This document shows, one piece after another, positions 10,060 through 20,350 of a stretch of 64,000 nucleotides of DNA; the stretch's first letter is position 1; each line of letters opens with the position of its first letter. The notes under the pieces were generated by a model. The model had not been told where the DNA came from. It was given only the letters and a program-made list of their open reading frames with translations, and did not search any database. The position numbers and the translations under genes are program-made. Source of the stretch: Eubacteriales bacterium (lineage in GTDB: Bacteria; Bacillota; Clostridia; Oscillospirales; CAG-272); NCBI GenBank assembly GCA_045605765.1, contig JAZUQQ010000031.1, forward strand, positions 169-64,168. The letters are read 5' to 3'.

Positions 10060-11076
10060 TTAGTAAATTAATATTTTGAAATCGTAAGAGTTAAGAGACT
10101 CATCCGTAATAAATTTCAAATCGCCTATTGAATATTTTTCTTTAAGTAAACGGTGATTTGTGCGTTTTTGTCCGACTGCCTTTGAGAGCATATTTCTTGC
10201 TACAGATATAACTATACTTTTGCCCGAAATATCACCTTTTTTATTAAGTTCGTCTGTAAAAAGCTTTAAGAAAAAGGCAGACATACAAAGCTCTCCGAGT
10301 GCGGGGTGAAAAGCTCCTGCGGCAATTCCGTCCTCGCAGTGCAAAGACTTGCTTTCGCATAGTCCTACACGAATTACCGGAAGGCTTTCCTTGTGAGCTA
10401 AATAGAGAAGCTCGGCAACTCTGAGCGATGCGTGTGCGGGCGAAATAGGAGTGTATTCTCCTCTGAGCATCATTTCGTATAGCTCGGTCTTATAGAATAC
10501 TACCGTGGGATATATTCTTACGCCGTCGGCACCCGAGTTACAGATGCCGCGGATAGTGTTTATCTCGTCGTCAAGCGTAGAACAGGGAAGTCCGACCATC
10601 ATCTGACCAATCAGATTAAATCCTGCGCTCTTTACCTCGCGCATAGCGCGAAGAGCGTCTGACGCCGTGTGACCTCTGTTTGACTCAAGCAGAACTCTGT
10701 CGGATAAGCTCTGAATACCGAGTTCTATCGTTTTTACGGGATATTTTGCAAGAATATCGAGTATTTCCCCATTTATATAGTCGGGACGCGTGGATAGCCG
10801 TATTCCCGAAACCTCGCCTCTGTCGCAATAGCTTTTGGCAAGAGAGAGCAGATCGGTCATAAGAGTACGGTCTATACCTGTAAAGCTTCCGCCAAAAAAC
10901 GCGATCTCGGCGATCTCGTTTTCTATGTCAAGATGCTTCACTACGTCGTCTATACTTTTCTTTGCATCCTCTATCGAGAACTTCTCGTGACCTGTGATCT
11001 TTTTTTGATTACAGAACACACAGTCGTTCGGACAACCGAGATGCGGGACGAATACCGGAATGTTTATGTGCTTCAA
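10060..11076 (-). CDS. Radical SAM protein (Elp3-like family, clostridial rnc-smc associated)
   Basis: CPNDCVFC (CxxxCxxC), IAFFGGSFT, IRLSTRPD, IELGIQS; no GNAT domain. Confidence 0.85.
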   Translation of the reverse strand: MKHINIPVFVPHLGCPNDCVFCNQKKITGHEKFSIEDAKKSIDDVVKHLDIENEIAEIAFFGGSFTGIDRTLMTDLLSLAKSYCDRGEVSGIRLSTRPDYINGEILDILAKYPVKTIELGIQSLSDRVLLESNRGHTASDALRAMREVKSAGFNLIGQMMVGLPCSTLDDEINTIRGICNSGADGVRIYPTVVFYKTELYEMMLRGEYTPISPAHASLRVAELLYLAHKESLPVIRVGLCESKSLHCEDGIAAGAFHPALGELCMSAFFLKLFTDELNKKGDISGKSIVISVARNMLSKAVGQKRTNHRLLKEKYSIGDLKFITDESLNSYDFKILIY

Positions 11077-11121
11077 GATTTGAAATTTCCTTAATAAATC
11101 GACTTTATTGATTTTAAATTA

Positions 11122-11835
11122 TCATTCTCCGTCAAATCCGAAGAATTTGAGGGCATCTCTCGCGGCATTCTGCTCGGCCTCGCGCTTGCTTGAACCGCTT
11201 CCTTGACCGAGGACGTTGCTGTCGTTGAGCCTTGCCTCTGCCACGAACTTTTTCTGATGCGGAGGACCTGACTCGGATATTATAACGTAAACGAGAGCTT
11301 CTCCCGGCTTTTGCTGAACTATCTGTTGGAGCTTTGTCTTGTAGTCGGTTGACGAGTGCTCGCGCAGAGTCTTGTCGATAAGCTCTTTAGCGTAGGGAAG
11401 AAGGAAGCCTCTTACCTCGTCGATGCCCGCGTCTAGATATATCGCGGCAAGCAGAGCCTCGTATGCGTCAGAGAGTATCGACGGACGCTCTCTGCCGTTG
11501 TTTATCTCTTCGCCGTGACCGAGCATAAGATACTTTCCGAGGTCGATCTCGTTTGCAAAGGACGCAAGTGCCTTTTCGCATACGACAGCAGACCGTATCT
11601 TGGAAAGCTCACCCTCCTGCGCTTCTGACAGATTTTCGAAGAGATATGTGCTTATTATTATAGATAGAACGGCATCACCTAAAAATTCCATACGCTCGTT
11701 AGAGCCGATGTGTCGCCCTTTTGCCTTTTCCTCATTAGCGTACGATGAATGGGTCATAGCATGTATGAGGAATTCGCGATTTTTAAAGGTGTAGCCAATA
11801 TTCTTTTCAAGCTGTGAAAATAAATCGTAATTCAT
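11122..11835 (-). CDS. rnc: Ribonuclease III
   Basis: NERMEFLGDAVL signature, C-terminal dsRBD (DYKTKLQ...GSSKREAEQNAA). Confidence 0.97.
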   Translation of the reverse strand: MNYDLFSQLEKNIGYTFKNREFLIHAMTHSSYANEEKAKGRHIGSNERMEFLGDAVLSIIISTYLFENLSEAQEGELSKIRSAVVCEKALASFANEIDLGKYLMLGHGEEINNGRERPSILSDAYEALLAAIYLDAGIDEVRGFLLPYAKELIDKTLREHSSTDYKTKLQQIVQQKPGEALVYVIISESGPPHQKKFVAEARLNDSNVLGQGSGSSKREAEQNAARDALKFFGFDGE

Positions 11836-11890
11836 TGTAAAATATTATGCCTTTCGGTTTATCTTGGAGAAGATCCTATTTTTCTTCCTT

Positions 11891-12985
11891 TTAGCTCTTT
11901 GCTGAAGTGTTCGTTGTTTCGGTTTTGCTTTCCGCGATCTTTGGTTCAGACTTTGCCGCACTCGGCTTCGGTCGCGAAACGGTGATTCCTTCGGGAAGAA
12001 CACAGTTCTTGGATATATCCATAATTATTCCCGTGTTGTAGTAGAAAACTGCCTGTTTAACGGCGTTTTTGATGGCTCTTGCATCTGAACTTCCGTGCGC
12101 TTTTATAACGGGACGGGAAATTCCGAGGAAGGGAGCTCCGCCGTATTCAGAAGCATCGAAGCTCTTTTTAAAATCGTCAAGCTGACGTTTTATCATAGCT
12201 GCGGAAACCATAGAAATGGGATTTGCCTTGTACATTGTTTTGAGCTTTTTTGAGAAGAAAGAACCCATGCCCTCAATGGTTTTGAGCAGAACGTTACCTG
12301 TAAACCCGTCTGTGACGAGAATATCGCACTTACCGAAGGGAACTTCCTTACCTTCGACGTTGCCTATAAAGTTAATGATATCCGACTTCGACAGGAGCTC
12401 GAAGGTTTCGATATGCATAGGAGTACCTTTTTTAGATTCGGTACCGATATTAAGAAGTCCCACCTTGGGACGGGAAATACCGAATATTTTTTCCATATAT
12501 ATTGATCCCATAATGGCAAACTGATAAAGGTGGGCTACGTCAACCTGAGCATTCGCCCCTGAGTCGATAAGAAGAACAGGCTTTTCAAGAGGGAGAATGG
12601 TAGCGATAGCCGAACGCAGAACTCCCTTTATGCGGTGTACGTACAGAGTAGAACCTGCGTGGAGAGCACCAGTATTGCCCGCACTGACGAAAGCATCACC
12701 GGCGCCTTCTTTCAGAAGCTTAAAGCCGACACGTAGTGAGGAATCAGCCTTTTCGCGAACGCTCAGAGGAGCGTCCTCCATAGTGACCTCCTGTGTGCAG
12801 TGTACGATCTGTATTCCGGGATCACTATCAAGATCGACATTAACTCTCTGTGCAGCAAGCTTTATTTTATTTTCGTCACCTACGAGAATGAGCTCGTGGT
12901 TCATTTCTTTTCTGACGAGAGCGGCACCTTCGACAACTATGTCGGGAGCAAAATCTCCGCCCATTGCATCAAGAATAATTTTCAT
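11891..12985 (-). CDS. plsX: Phosphate acyltransferase
   Basis: ILDAMGGDFAP, SAGNTGA, DSGANA, TDGFTGNV, IKAHGSSD; carries a ~35-aa low-complexity tail. Confidence 0.96.
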   Translation of the reverse strand: MKIILDAMGGDFAPDIVVEGAALVRKEMNHELILVGDENKIKLAAQRVNVDLDSDPGIQIVHCTQEVTMEDAPLSVREKADSSLRVGFKLLKEGAGDAFVSAGNTGALHAGSTLYVHRIKGVLRSAIATILPLEKPVLLIDSGANAQVDVAHLYQFAIMGSIYMEKIFGISRPKVGLLNIGTESKKGTPMHIETFELLSKSDIINFIGNVEGKEVPFGKCDILVTDGFTGNVLLKTIEGMGSFFSKKLKTMYKANPISMVSAAMIKRQLDDFKKSFDASEYGGAPFLGISRPVIKAHGSSDARAIKNAVKQAVFYYNTGIIMDISKNCVLPEGITVSRPKPSAAKSEPKIAESKTETTNTSAKS

Positions 12986-13024
12986 AATATAGATCTCCTT
13001 TTAGAAAAAAGTAGGTTTATACGT

Positions 13025-14362
13025 TTAAGTATTCGAAAGAGAGTCGCAAAAAGCGCGCGCGGTTTCAAGTGCTCTTTCGGAAAGCGCAGTATTTCGCGCG
13101 ATCTTTCCACCTTTTACCTTCTTATCGAGCATCGGGATTATACCGAAATTTACGTTCATAGGCTGAAAATCGGAAACACCGCCGTTTTTCACGTATGCCG
13201 CGAGCGAGCCAATTGCAGTTACGTCAGGAAATATCGGAATATCCTTTCCAAAAGCCAGATAAGCGGCGGAAATTCCGGCAACAAGACCGGATGCGCACGA
13301 TTCCAGATATCCCTCGACTCCTGTCATCTGACCTGCAAAAAACACGTTTGGCTTTTCTTTCATCTGATAAGAATCACCGAGTACCTTCGGTGAATTTATA
13401 AATGTGTTCCTGTGCATTACTCCATAACGAAGAAATACAGCATTTTCAAGCCCAGGTATCAAGGAAAAAACTCTGCGTTGCTCTGGAAAGGTGAGGTGCG
13501 TCTGAAATCCTACGATGTTATAAGTAGTCTTGTCAAGATTCTCTTGACGCAGTTGAACGACCGCAAAAGCGTCCTTTCCGGTGTCGGGACAGGGAAGACC
13601 GACTGGCTTTAAAGGACCATATAGCAAGGTCTCACGTCCTCTTTTTGCCATGACCTCCACGGGCATACAGCCTTCAAATACTTTCAGATCCTTCTGAGAA
13701 TCTTTGTCAAAGTGGTGAAGCTCTGCTTCCTCTGCCGAAATAAGCGCCTCGTAGAAAGTATTGTATTCATCCTCGTTCATAGGACAGTTGATGTAGCAAG
13801 CATCGCCCTTGCCGTATCTCGATGCAAAGAACGCCTTTGACATATCTACCGAAGACGCATCAACTATCGGAGCGGCGGCATCAAAGAAATGAAGCTGGTC
13901 CTGTCCGATAAAATACCCGAGATATTTTGAAAAAGCATCCGAGGTAAGAGGACCGGTAGCGACGACGGTTATCTCGTTTTCGTTTATTTCGGTAATTTCC
14001 TCGGAAATAACCGTGATGTTCGGGTGATTTTTTATCTTTTCGGTAATATACGACGAGAAGATGTCTCTATCAACCGCAAGTGCCGCCCCTGCGGGAACCT
14101 CTGCCCGATGCGCGGACTCCATTATAAGCGATGAGAAAACATCGAGTTCTTCTTTCAGAAGACCGACTGCGTTGGTTATCTGCTTTGACCGTAATGAATT
14201 GGAGCAAACCAGCTCACAGAAGTTCTCTGAAGAGTGTGCAGGTGTGAACTTTTTCGGCTTCATTTCGTAAAGCTTTACCTTCACGCCCATCTGGGCGGCC
14301 TGCCAAGCTGCTTCACAGCCGGCAAGACCAGCGCCTATAACGGTAATAGTTTTAGTTTCCAT
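13025..14362 (-). CDS. trmFO: tRNA (uracil-5) methyltransferase TrmFO (Gid)
   Basis: IGAGLAGCEAAWQ, ELVCSNSL, GVMHRNTFI, AGQMTGVEGY, FQPMNVNFG. Confidence 0.96.
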   Translation of the reverse strand: METKTITVIGAGLAGCEAAWQAAQMGVKVKLYEMKPKKFTPAHSSENFCELVCSNSLRSKQITNAVGLLKEELDVFSSLIMESAHRAEVPAGAALAVDRDIFSSYITEKIKNHPNITVISEEITEINENEITVVATGPLTSDAFSKYLGYFIGQDQLHFFDAAAPIVDASSVDMSKAFFASRYGKGDACYINCPMNEDEYNTFYEALISAEEAELHHFDKDSQKDLKVFEGCMPVEVMAKRGRETLLYGPLKPVGLPCPDTGKDAFAVVQLRQENLDKTTYNIVGFQTHLTFPEQRRVFSLIPGLENAVFLRYGVMHRNTFINSPKVLGDSYQMKEKPNVFFAGQMTGVEGYLESCASGLVAGISAAYLAFGKDIPIFPDVTAIGSLAAYVKNGGVSDFQPMNVNFGIIPMLDKKVKGGKIARNTALSERALETARAFCDSLSNT

Positions 14363-16610
14363 TGTTTTCGTCCTTTAGGTCGATCTCTTTTTTGAATGTG
14401 CAACCTTCTTTCGAGCATACGAGAAGATTTTTGCCCTTCTTTCTCATAAGCATACTCGAACAATCGGGACATTTTTCATTTGTAGGAATATCCCAAGACG
14501 AGAATGAGCACTTGGGATAATTTTCGCAGCTGTAAAATACAGTCTTGTTCTTTGAACGTCGCGAAAGAATCTCTCCGCCGCAGAGAGGGCATTTTACACC
14601 AATCTCGTTTTTTATAGGAAGCGTGTTTTTGCATTTCGGGTAGTTGGAGCAAGCGTAGAAATTGCCGTAAGCGCCGCTTCGTATTACCATAGGACGGCCG
14701 CATTTTTCGCAGGTGATGCCCGTCTGTTTGGGTTCTTCGGTTTGCTTGATTATTGGTGCATTGTTTTTATCAATACGTATGGTGTTTTTGCACTGGGGAT
14801 AGTTCGGACAAGCGGCAAATCTGCCGAAACGACCAGACTTTGCTATCATTTTGCTTCCGCATTTTTCGCAGATGATGTCTGTATCCTCGGTAGGCATCTC
14901 TATCTCACTGCGCTTTACCGAGCCTTCGGCGGCTTCAAGTCTGTTCTTGAAGCTAACGTAGAAGCGGGATAGAACTCCGTTCATCGTGTCGTGACCGTCG
15001 GCAATGCTGTCAAGTGAATCTTCCATATCTGCCGTGAATTTATAGTCTATTATCTCGGGGAAGTTTTCTGTCATTATTTTGGTGGTCACTTCGCCGAGCT
15101 GTGTAGGAACGAGTACCTTCGCATCTCTCTTAACGTATCCTCTTGAAACGATAGTCGTAATGATCTGTGCATAGGTCGAAGGACGTCCGATACCTTTTTC
15201 TTCAAGGAATTTGATAAGAGAGCCCTCGTTAAATCGCGATGGCGGCTCTGTAAAGTGTTGTTCGGGCGCGAGGATTTCGGTGGAGAGAATTTCCTTTTCA
15301 AAGAGCACGGGCAGGGTATCTTCCTTGTCCTTTTCGCCTGATATATCGTCGTATATTGTGAGATAACCCTTGAAGTGAACGGTCGATCCGTTTGCTTTAA
15401 AGATATGCTCCCCGCAGGAAATATCCGCGTTTACCGTATCAAGCTCTGCAGATGCCATCTGGCTTGCTACGAAACGATCCCATATCAGTTTGTAGAGCTT
15501 GTACTGGTCGTTTGAAAGATATTTTTTTATCGAATCAGGGGTGATAAATACGTTGGAGGGACGTATAGCCTCGTGCGCGTCCTGTGCAGATCCCTTGGTC
15601 TTGTAAACTCTCGCAGACGTGGGATAGTACTTGTTTCCGTACTGAGAAAGGATAAACTCCTTGGCCGCATCTCTTGCTTCGTCGGCTATGCGGAGAGAGT
15701 CGGTACGCATATAGGTTATAAGACCTGTCATTCCGCCGTTTTCGCTTCCGATCGAAACACCCTCATAAAGCTCCTGAGCGATACGCATAATGCGCTGTGC
15801 TTGGAAGCCGAACTTTCTGTAAGCCTCCTGCTGCATCGACGAGGTGGTGAAGGGAGGAAGGGGATTTTTCTTCTTTATAGAGCGTTTAAGCTCGGAGATA
15901 ATAAAATCCTTGCCTTCGAGTTGAGCAATAATGGCCTGAGTCTGCTCCTTGTTTTTTATCTCAGCTTTTTTACTTCCTTTTCCGTAATATTTGGAACGGA
16001 ATATTTTGCCTTCGCTATTTTTGTGCGAAGCGCTTATTGTCCAATATTCTTCGGGAACGAAAGCGTTTATCTGTGCTTCGCGCTCAACTATGATGCGAGT
16101 CGCAACAGACTGTACTCGTCCTGCCGAAAGACCGCTTCTTACAACCTTCCAGAGGAAGGGACTGAGCTTGTATCCCACGATGCGATCGAGAATACGGCGC
16201 GCCTGCTGGGAATTTACGAGCTCCATATCTATTTCGCGGGGCTTTTTGATAGCCTCCTTGATTGCATTTTTGGTGATCTCGTTGAAGGTTACGCGGCGGG
16301 TCTGTTCAAGCGGAATGCCGAGAGTTGCCGCGAGATGCCAGGATATAGCCTCACCCTCGCGGTCGGCGTCAGTTGCAAGAAATACCTTATTTGCATTTTT
16401 AACTTCCTTGCGAAGCTCTTTGATAAGGTTACCCTTTCCGCGAATATTTATATAGTGAGCCTCAAAGCCGCCGTCAACGTCAACGCCGAGCGTGCTTTTG
16501 GGAAGATCGCGGACGTGTCCGTAAGATGCGAGTACCTTGTAATTTGATCCGAGATAATTTTTGATCGTAGCCGCCTTTGAGGGCGACTCCACGATGACGA
16601 GATTTGCCAT
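14352..16610 (-). CDS. topA: DNA topoisomerase I
   Basis: LVIVESPSKA, SAGRVQS, LITYMRTDS, GIGRPSTY, C-terminal Zn ribbons. Confidence 0.97.
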   Translation of the reverse strand: MANLVIVESPSKAATIKNYLGSNYKVLASYGHVRDLPKSTLGVDVDGGFEAHYINIRGKGNLIKELRKEVKNANKVFLATDADREGEAISWHLAATLGIPLEQTRRVTFNEITKNAIKEAIKKPREIDMELVNSQQARRILDRIVGYKLSPFLWKVVRSGLSAGRVQSVATRIIVEREAQINAFVPEEYWTISASHKNSEGKIFRSKYYGKGSKKAEIKNKEQTQAIIAQLEGKDFIISELKRSIKKKNPLPPFTTSSMQQEAYRKFGFQAQRIMRIAQELYEGVSIGSENGGMTGLITYMRTDSLRIADEARDAAKEFILSQYGNKYYPTSARVYKTKGSAQDAHEAIRPSNVFITPDSIKKYLSNDQYKLYKLIWDRFVASQMASAELDTVNADISCGEHIFKANGSTVHFKGYLTIYDDISGEKDKEDTLPVLFEKEILSTEILAPEQHFTEPPSRFNEGSLIKFLEEKGIGRPSTYAQIITTIVSRGYVKRDAKVLVPTQLGEVTTKIMTENFPEIIDYKFTADMEDSLDSIADGHDTMNGVLSRFYVSFKNRLEAAEGSVKRSEIEMPTEDTDIICEKCGSKMIAKSGRFGRFAACPNYPQCKNTIRIDKNNAPIIKQTEEPKQTGITCEKCGRPMVIRSGAYGNFYACSNYPKCKNTLPIKNEIGVKCPLCGGEILSRRSKNKTVFYSCENYPKCSFSSWDIPTNEKCPDCSSMLMRKKGKNLLVCSKEGCTFKKEIDLKDENNGN

Positions 16611-16666
16611 ATTTATATTGCCTTTCGTGATAGAATATAGTTCTTTGTTATGTGTAGTAATGCCTG

Positions 16667-17923
16667 TCAGGCTTTTGTATAGACTCCGCCGGGAGCTGCC
16701 TTTATAAAGCCTTTGATTTCAAGCATCGTAAGATTTTGAAGTACGATGCCTACCGGAATTCCCGAGCGTGAGAGCTCATCGGCACTTACCGTACCGCTTT
16801 CGGGAAAGAGCACGTATATCTGCTTTTCGATGTCGCTGAGCGACGACGTGTCGCGTTCTACCTTCAAAGTCTTTTCTTCAAGTCCGCTTTTGTTTTTTGC
16901 GACCGAGTTTATCTTAGCTTTTGGTGCTATGTATTGACTCTCGCCCTTTATATATGGCTTAGGTGAGGACACTACAAAGCCCTTTGTTCTCGAGGGGGTG
17001 AATTTCGGTATAAATGCAGGAAGATTTTCAATTCGTATTCTATGCGGATAAAGATATTCGTATTCTTCGAGCAGGTCAAGCGCACCTGTGACTATCTTTG
17101 CACCTTTCTTTAAAAGACGGTTAGGACCGACACTGTTCAATTCGCCGACGTTGCCGGGGATAGAGAAGATATCTCGACCCTGCTTTTCGGCGCATTTGGC
17201 GGTTATCATAGCACCGCTTTTATCATCTGCCTCGATAACGAGAGTTCCGAGCGAAAGACCGCTTATAATGCGGTTTCTCATAGGGAAGTTAGAGCCGTAC
17301 GGCGGAGTAAATGGCTTGTATTCGGTGATAAGGAGACCGCTACGCGATATCTCGCTCATAATGTATTCGTTTTCTGCGGGATAAACCCTGTCGATACCGC
17401 AACCGAGCACTGCTACCGTGTAACCGCCTGCATCGAGTGCGCCGCGGTGGCAGATGGTATCAACGCCTCTTGCCATTCCGCTGACTACGACTGCGCCGCC
17501 GAGTATGAGATCGCGGGCGATGCGGTAGCCCTCGCGCTTACCGTAATCGGTCATTTTACGTGTTCCGACGAGCGCGATACATACGTTGTCGTCAAAATTT
17601 ATCAGGCGCCCCTTGTAGTAAAGAAGCAGGGGTGCTTTTTCAATATCGCGCAGTCTTTGCGGATAAAACTTACTGTTATACGGAAGCAGTCCGACATTGT
17701 TTTGGGCACACCAATCGAGTATCTTGTTTGCCTCTTCGAGAGATTTGTCCGAAAGAAGATCTGCGTATTCACTTTTCAGATCAGAGATCTTTTCGTAATC
17801 CTCGTACGATGCTTTGTATATTGAGTCTGCATCGTGATCAAAGCTTTCCATAAGAAGATCTGCATACGGTGATGCGGGCGGAAGCTTGGTGCTCAGCCAG
17901 ATCCAGCTTAAAATATCGGACAT
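16667..17923 (-). CDS. dprA: DNA-processing protein DprA
   Basis: VGTRKMTDYG, VVSGMARGVD, FPMRNRIISGLS, C-terminal winged helix. Confidence 0.95.
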   Translation of the reverse strand: MSDILSWIWLSTKLPPASPYADLLMESFDHDADSIYKASYEDYEKISDLKSEYADLLSDKSLEEANKILDWCAQNNVGLLPYNSKFYPQRLRDIEKAPLLLYYKGRLINFDDNVCIALVGTRKMTDYGKREGYRIARDLILGGAVVVSGMARGVDTICHRGALDAGGYTVAVLGCGIDRVYPAENEYIMSEISRSGLLITEYKPFTPPYGSNFPMRNRIISGLSLGTLVIEADDKSGAMITAKCAEKQGRDIFSIPGNVGELNSVGPNRLLKKGAKIVTGALDLLEEYEYLYPHRIRIENLPAFIPKFTPSRTKGFVVSSPKPYIKGESQYIAPKAKINSVAKNKSGLEEKTLKVERDTSSLSDIEKQIYVLFPESGTVSADELSRSGIPVGIVLQNLTMLEIKGFIKAAPGGVYTKA

Positions 17924-17943
17924 AATTGAACCTCCAGAGAAAG

Positions 17944-18741
17944 TTAAGAGTTAAGGCGGCGGCGGTAATCCTCCCAAAGTAAGATCGAAGCCGCGCCCGA
18001 AACGTTAAGCGACTCCGCGTCCTTCTGCATTGGAATTATGATCTCTCCCCCAGCACACGAATCTATGACCTCACGCGGCAGACCGTGTCCCTCGTTGCCT
18101 ACGACGAAGCAGACGTTTTCGGGAAGGGGTGAAACTCCAAGAACTCCTGCCTTGTCCGAAAGCGAAGCCGCTATCGGAACGATGTCACTGCCCGGCAGGG
18201 AAGCGAGAGTCGATGCAATATCCGAGCATCTGACCGTTCTCAATCTGAAAAGCGCGCCCATTGAAGCGCGAAGCGTTTTCGGGTTATAAATATCGGCACA
18301 GTCCTGACTCATAATGAGAGTATCAATGCCGAGTGCTGCAGCGCTTCTCATAAGAGTTCCAAGATTTCCCGGATCACGCACAGAAACGGCAGCAAAGCAC
18401 CTCTCCAATTTAACTCCATTATATATTGTAGCAAAATTATGCAAACTGTCAAGATGTTTTGCGACAGAAAATATGCCTTCGGGCGATTTTTCTTCTGATA
18501 ATTTTGCATAAACCTCGTCTGATACAGTATATTTCTGCACGTAAGACGGCAGAGTGTCCGCGATGTGAGCATTTTTCTCGGTCAGAAAAACCGCTTCAAG
18601 AGATACTCCCTTGTTAAGCGCCTCGGCGAGAAGCTTCCTGCCTTCGAAGTAAAAAAGCTTTTTTTCGTCGCGGTATTTCTTCTCACGAAGCTTTGCTGTA
18701 TCTACTATAAGACGGTTGCTACGAGATGTTATCGTGATCAA
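17944..18741 (-). CDS. TrmH/SpoU family RNA methyltransferase
   Basis: DPGNLGTLMRSA, VVGNEGHGL, ESLNVSGAA; likely TTG start at 18741 behind GAAAGGAG (the longer ORF runs into the rplT terminator). Confidence 0.92.
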   Translation of the reverse strand: MITITSRSNRLIVDTAKLREKKYRDEKKLFYFEGRKLLAEALNKGVSLEAVFLTEKNAHIADTLPSYVQKYTVSDEVYAKLSEEKSPEGIFSVAKHLDSLHNFATIYNGVKLERCFAAVSVRDPGNLGTLMRSAAALGIDTLIMSQDCADIYNPKTLRASMGALFRLRTVRCSDIASTLASLPGSDIVPIAASLSDKAGVLGVSPLPENVCFVVGNEGHGLPREVIDSCAGGEIIIPMQKDAESLNVSGAASILLWEDYRRRLNS

Positions 18742-18770
18742 AGGTATTCTCCTTTCGAAAGAAAAATACA

Positions 18771-18801
18771 ACAAAAACCCGCGTGTGGCGGGTTTTTGTT
18801 T
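18771..18801 (-). terminator. Terminator after rplT
   Basis: ACAAAAACCCGC-loop-GCGGGTTTTTGT stem. Confidence 0.8.
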
Positions 18802-18808
18802 TCTGAAA

Positions 18809-19162
18809 TTATAATGCTGCCTTTGCCTTTTCTACGAGAGCAGCGAAAGCCTCTTTGTCGTAAACTGCGATCTCAGCGAGCATCTTTCTGTTGAGGTTGA
18901 TGCCTGCCTTTTTGAGTCCGCACATAAAACGGCTGTAATTGATTCCGCAAACCTTTGCCTGAGCAGAGATTCTGGTGATCCAGAGTGCGCGGAAATCTCT
19001 CTTCTTCTGCTTTCTTCCGATGTATGCGTAGTTACCGCTCTTCATTACGGCCTGCTTAGCCATCTTGAAGTGCTTGCTCTTTGCGCCCCAGTAGCCCTTT
19101 GCGAGCTTGAGCATCTTGTTTCTTCTCTTGCGCGTCATCATAGCGCCCTTAATTCTTGCCAT
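18809..19162 (-). CDS. rplT: 50S ribosomal protein L20
   Basis: MARIKG...LAKGYWG...FRALWITRI...[10 protein letters not shown]. Confidence 0.98.
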   Translation of the reverse strand: MARIKGAMMTRKRRNKMLKLAKGYWGAKSKHFKMAKQAVMKSGNYAYIGRKQKKRDFRALWITRISAQAKVCGINYSRFMCGLKKAGINLNRKMLAEIAVYDKEAFAALVEKAKAAL

Positions 19163-19197
19163 TTTCTATATCCTCCTTAAAGTAATGATCTTTTCTC

Positions 19198-19392
19198 TTA
19201 TTTCAGAATCATAGCTCTTACGGTAGGAGCCATAGACTTGTGAAGAGTAGTGCCGGTGCGAAGATGTCTCTTGCGCTTCTGGGACTTGAGTCCAAGATTG
19301 TGGCGATGGTGGGAATGGTTGATTTTAACTTTTCCGCTCTTGGTAAGAGAAAATCTCTTAGCGGAAGCGCGATGCGATTTTACTTTGTTCAT
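19198..19392 (-). CDS. rpmI: 50S ribosomal protein L35
   Basis: KVKSHRASAKRFSLTKSGK...KRKRHLR; start set at MNKVK. Confidence 0.95.
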   Translation of the reverse strand: MNKVKSHRASAKRFSLTKSGKVKINHSHHRHNLGLKSQKRKRHLRTGTTLHKSMAPTVRAMILK

Positions 19393-19406
19393 AACATGTG
19401 TTCCTT

Positions 19407-19991
19407 TCAATTTTTATCCTGATTGTTGTTTTGCGACTGAGCTTTTGCCGAAGGCTTTATCGGTGATATGAGAAGTGTCATCGAGCGTCCCTCCATAGCG
19501 GGGCGTTTGTCTGCACCGCCGAGATCGGCAACTGCCGCTTCGAACTGTTCGATAAGACGGAGACCGACCTCTTGATGAGCCATCTGACGTCCCTTGAATA
19601 CAACGAGTACCTTGACCTTGTTACCTGCTGTGAGAAACTTTCTCGCGTTGTTTACCTTGGTATTGAAGTCGTTTTGCTCGATCTTGCAGGAAAGCTGGAC
19701 TTCTTTGATCTCGACTTTCTGCTGATTTTTCTTGGCTTCTTTCTTCTTCTTTTCACGCTCGAATCTGAACTTTCCGTAGTCCATGATCCTTGCGACCGGC
19801 GGAGTGCTCTGCGGAGCGATGAGTACGAGGTCAAGCCCCTTGTCATACGCCGAATTGAGAGCGCTTATCGCAGTAAGTATTCCGAATTGTTCGCCGTCCT
19901 CGCCGATAACTCTCATCTGAGTGGACTCTGCGAACCCTTCGTCGAAGATCTCCTCATTTACCAAATGTTCTTTATGACTTGTTGTCTTGAT
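19407..19991 (-). CDS. infC: Translation initiation factor IF-3, non-canonical ATC start
   Basis: VNEEI...RVIGEDGEQ...LDLVLIAPQSTPPVARIMDYGK; GGAGGT RBS followed by in-frame ATC at 19991. Confidence 0.93.
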   Translation of the reverse strand: MKTTSHKEHLVNEEIFDEGFAESTQMRVIGEDGEQFGILTAISALNSAYDKGLDLVLIAPQSTPPVARIMDYGKFRFEREKKKKEAKKNQQKVEIKEVQLSCKIEQNDFNTKVNNARKFLTAGNKVKVLVVFKGRQMAHQEVGLRLIEQFEAAVADLGGADKRPAMEGRSMTLLISPIKPSAKAQSQNNNQDKN

Positions 19992-20024
19992 GGAAAAGCA
20001 CCTCCAAGCTAAAATTAAGAAAAT

Positions 20025-20152
20025 AAAAAAGTGCGAAAGAAAACTCTCCGCACACATTTGAGGCGCTATAACGACATAATACGCGCTAAAACAGCCTGAT
20101 GTATTAACCTGCCTGACCGTGTCGGCGGGTGAGAACGGAGTGTTCTTCTTCT
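20025..20152 (-). ncRNA. Ribosomal protein L20 leader (cis-regulatory RNA)
   Basis: AGAAGAACACTCCGTTCTCACC start, ...AAATGTGTGCG...CGCAC-U-run end, located between the promoter and infC-rpmI-rplT. Confidence 0.75.
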
Positions 20153-20164
20153 TTGTACTTAGGC

Positions 20165-20193
20165 ATTCTAGCACACAAGCCTCATTTTGTCAA
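20165..20193 (-). promoter_or_regulatory. sigma-A promoter for the infC operon
   Basis: TTGACA-17-TAGAAT with extended TG. Confidence 0.8.
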
Positions 20194-20282
20194 TACCTTT
20201 TTGCAAATTTTTTTGTTTTTTCTGATTTTTATTAATTCGTTGGGGATAATCATACTTTTGATGCCTCTGCTGATATTTTCTC

Positions 20283-20311
20283 TTGACAACGATATACCAA
20301 TATGGTAAAAT
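20283..20311 (+). promoter_or_regulatory. sigma-A promoter for the pantothenate kinase gene
   Basis: TTGACA-17-TAAAAT with extended TG. Confidence 0.75.
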
Positions 20312-20350
20312 AAATCTTATAGAATATAGCATCGTAAAGGAGAACCTTTG

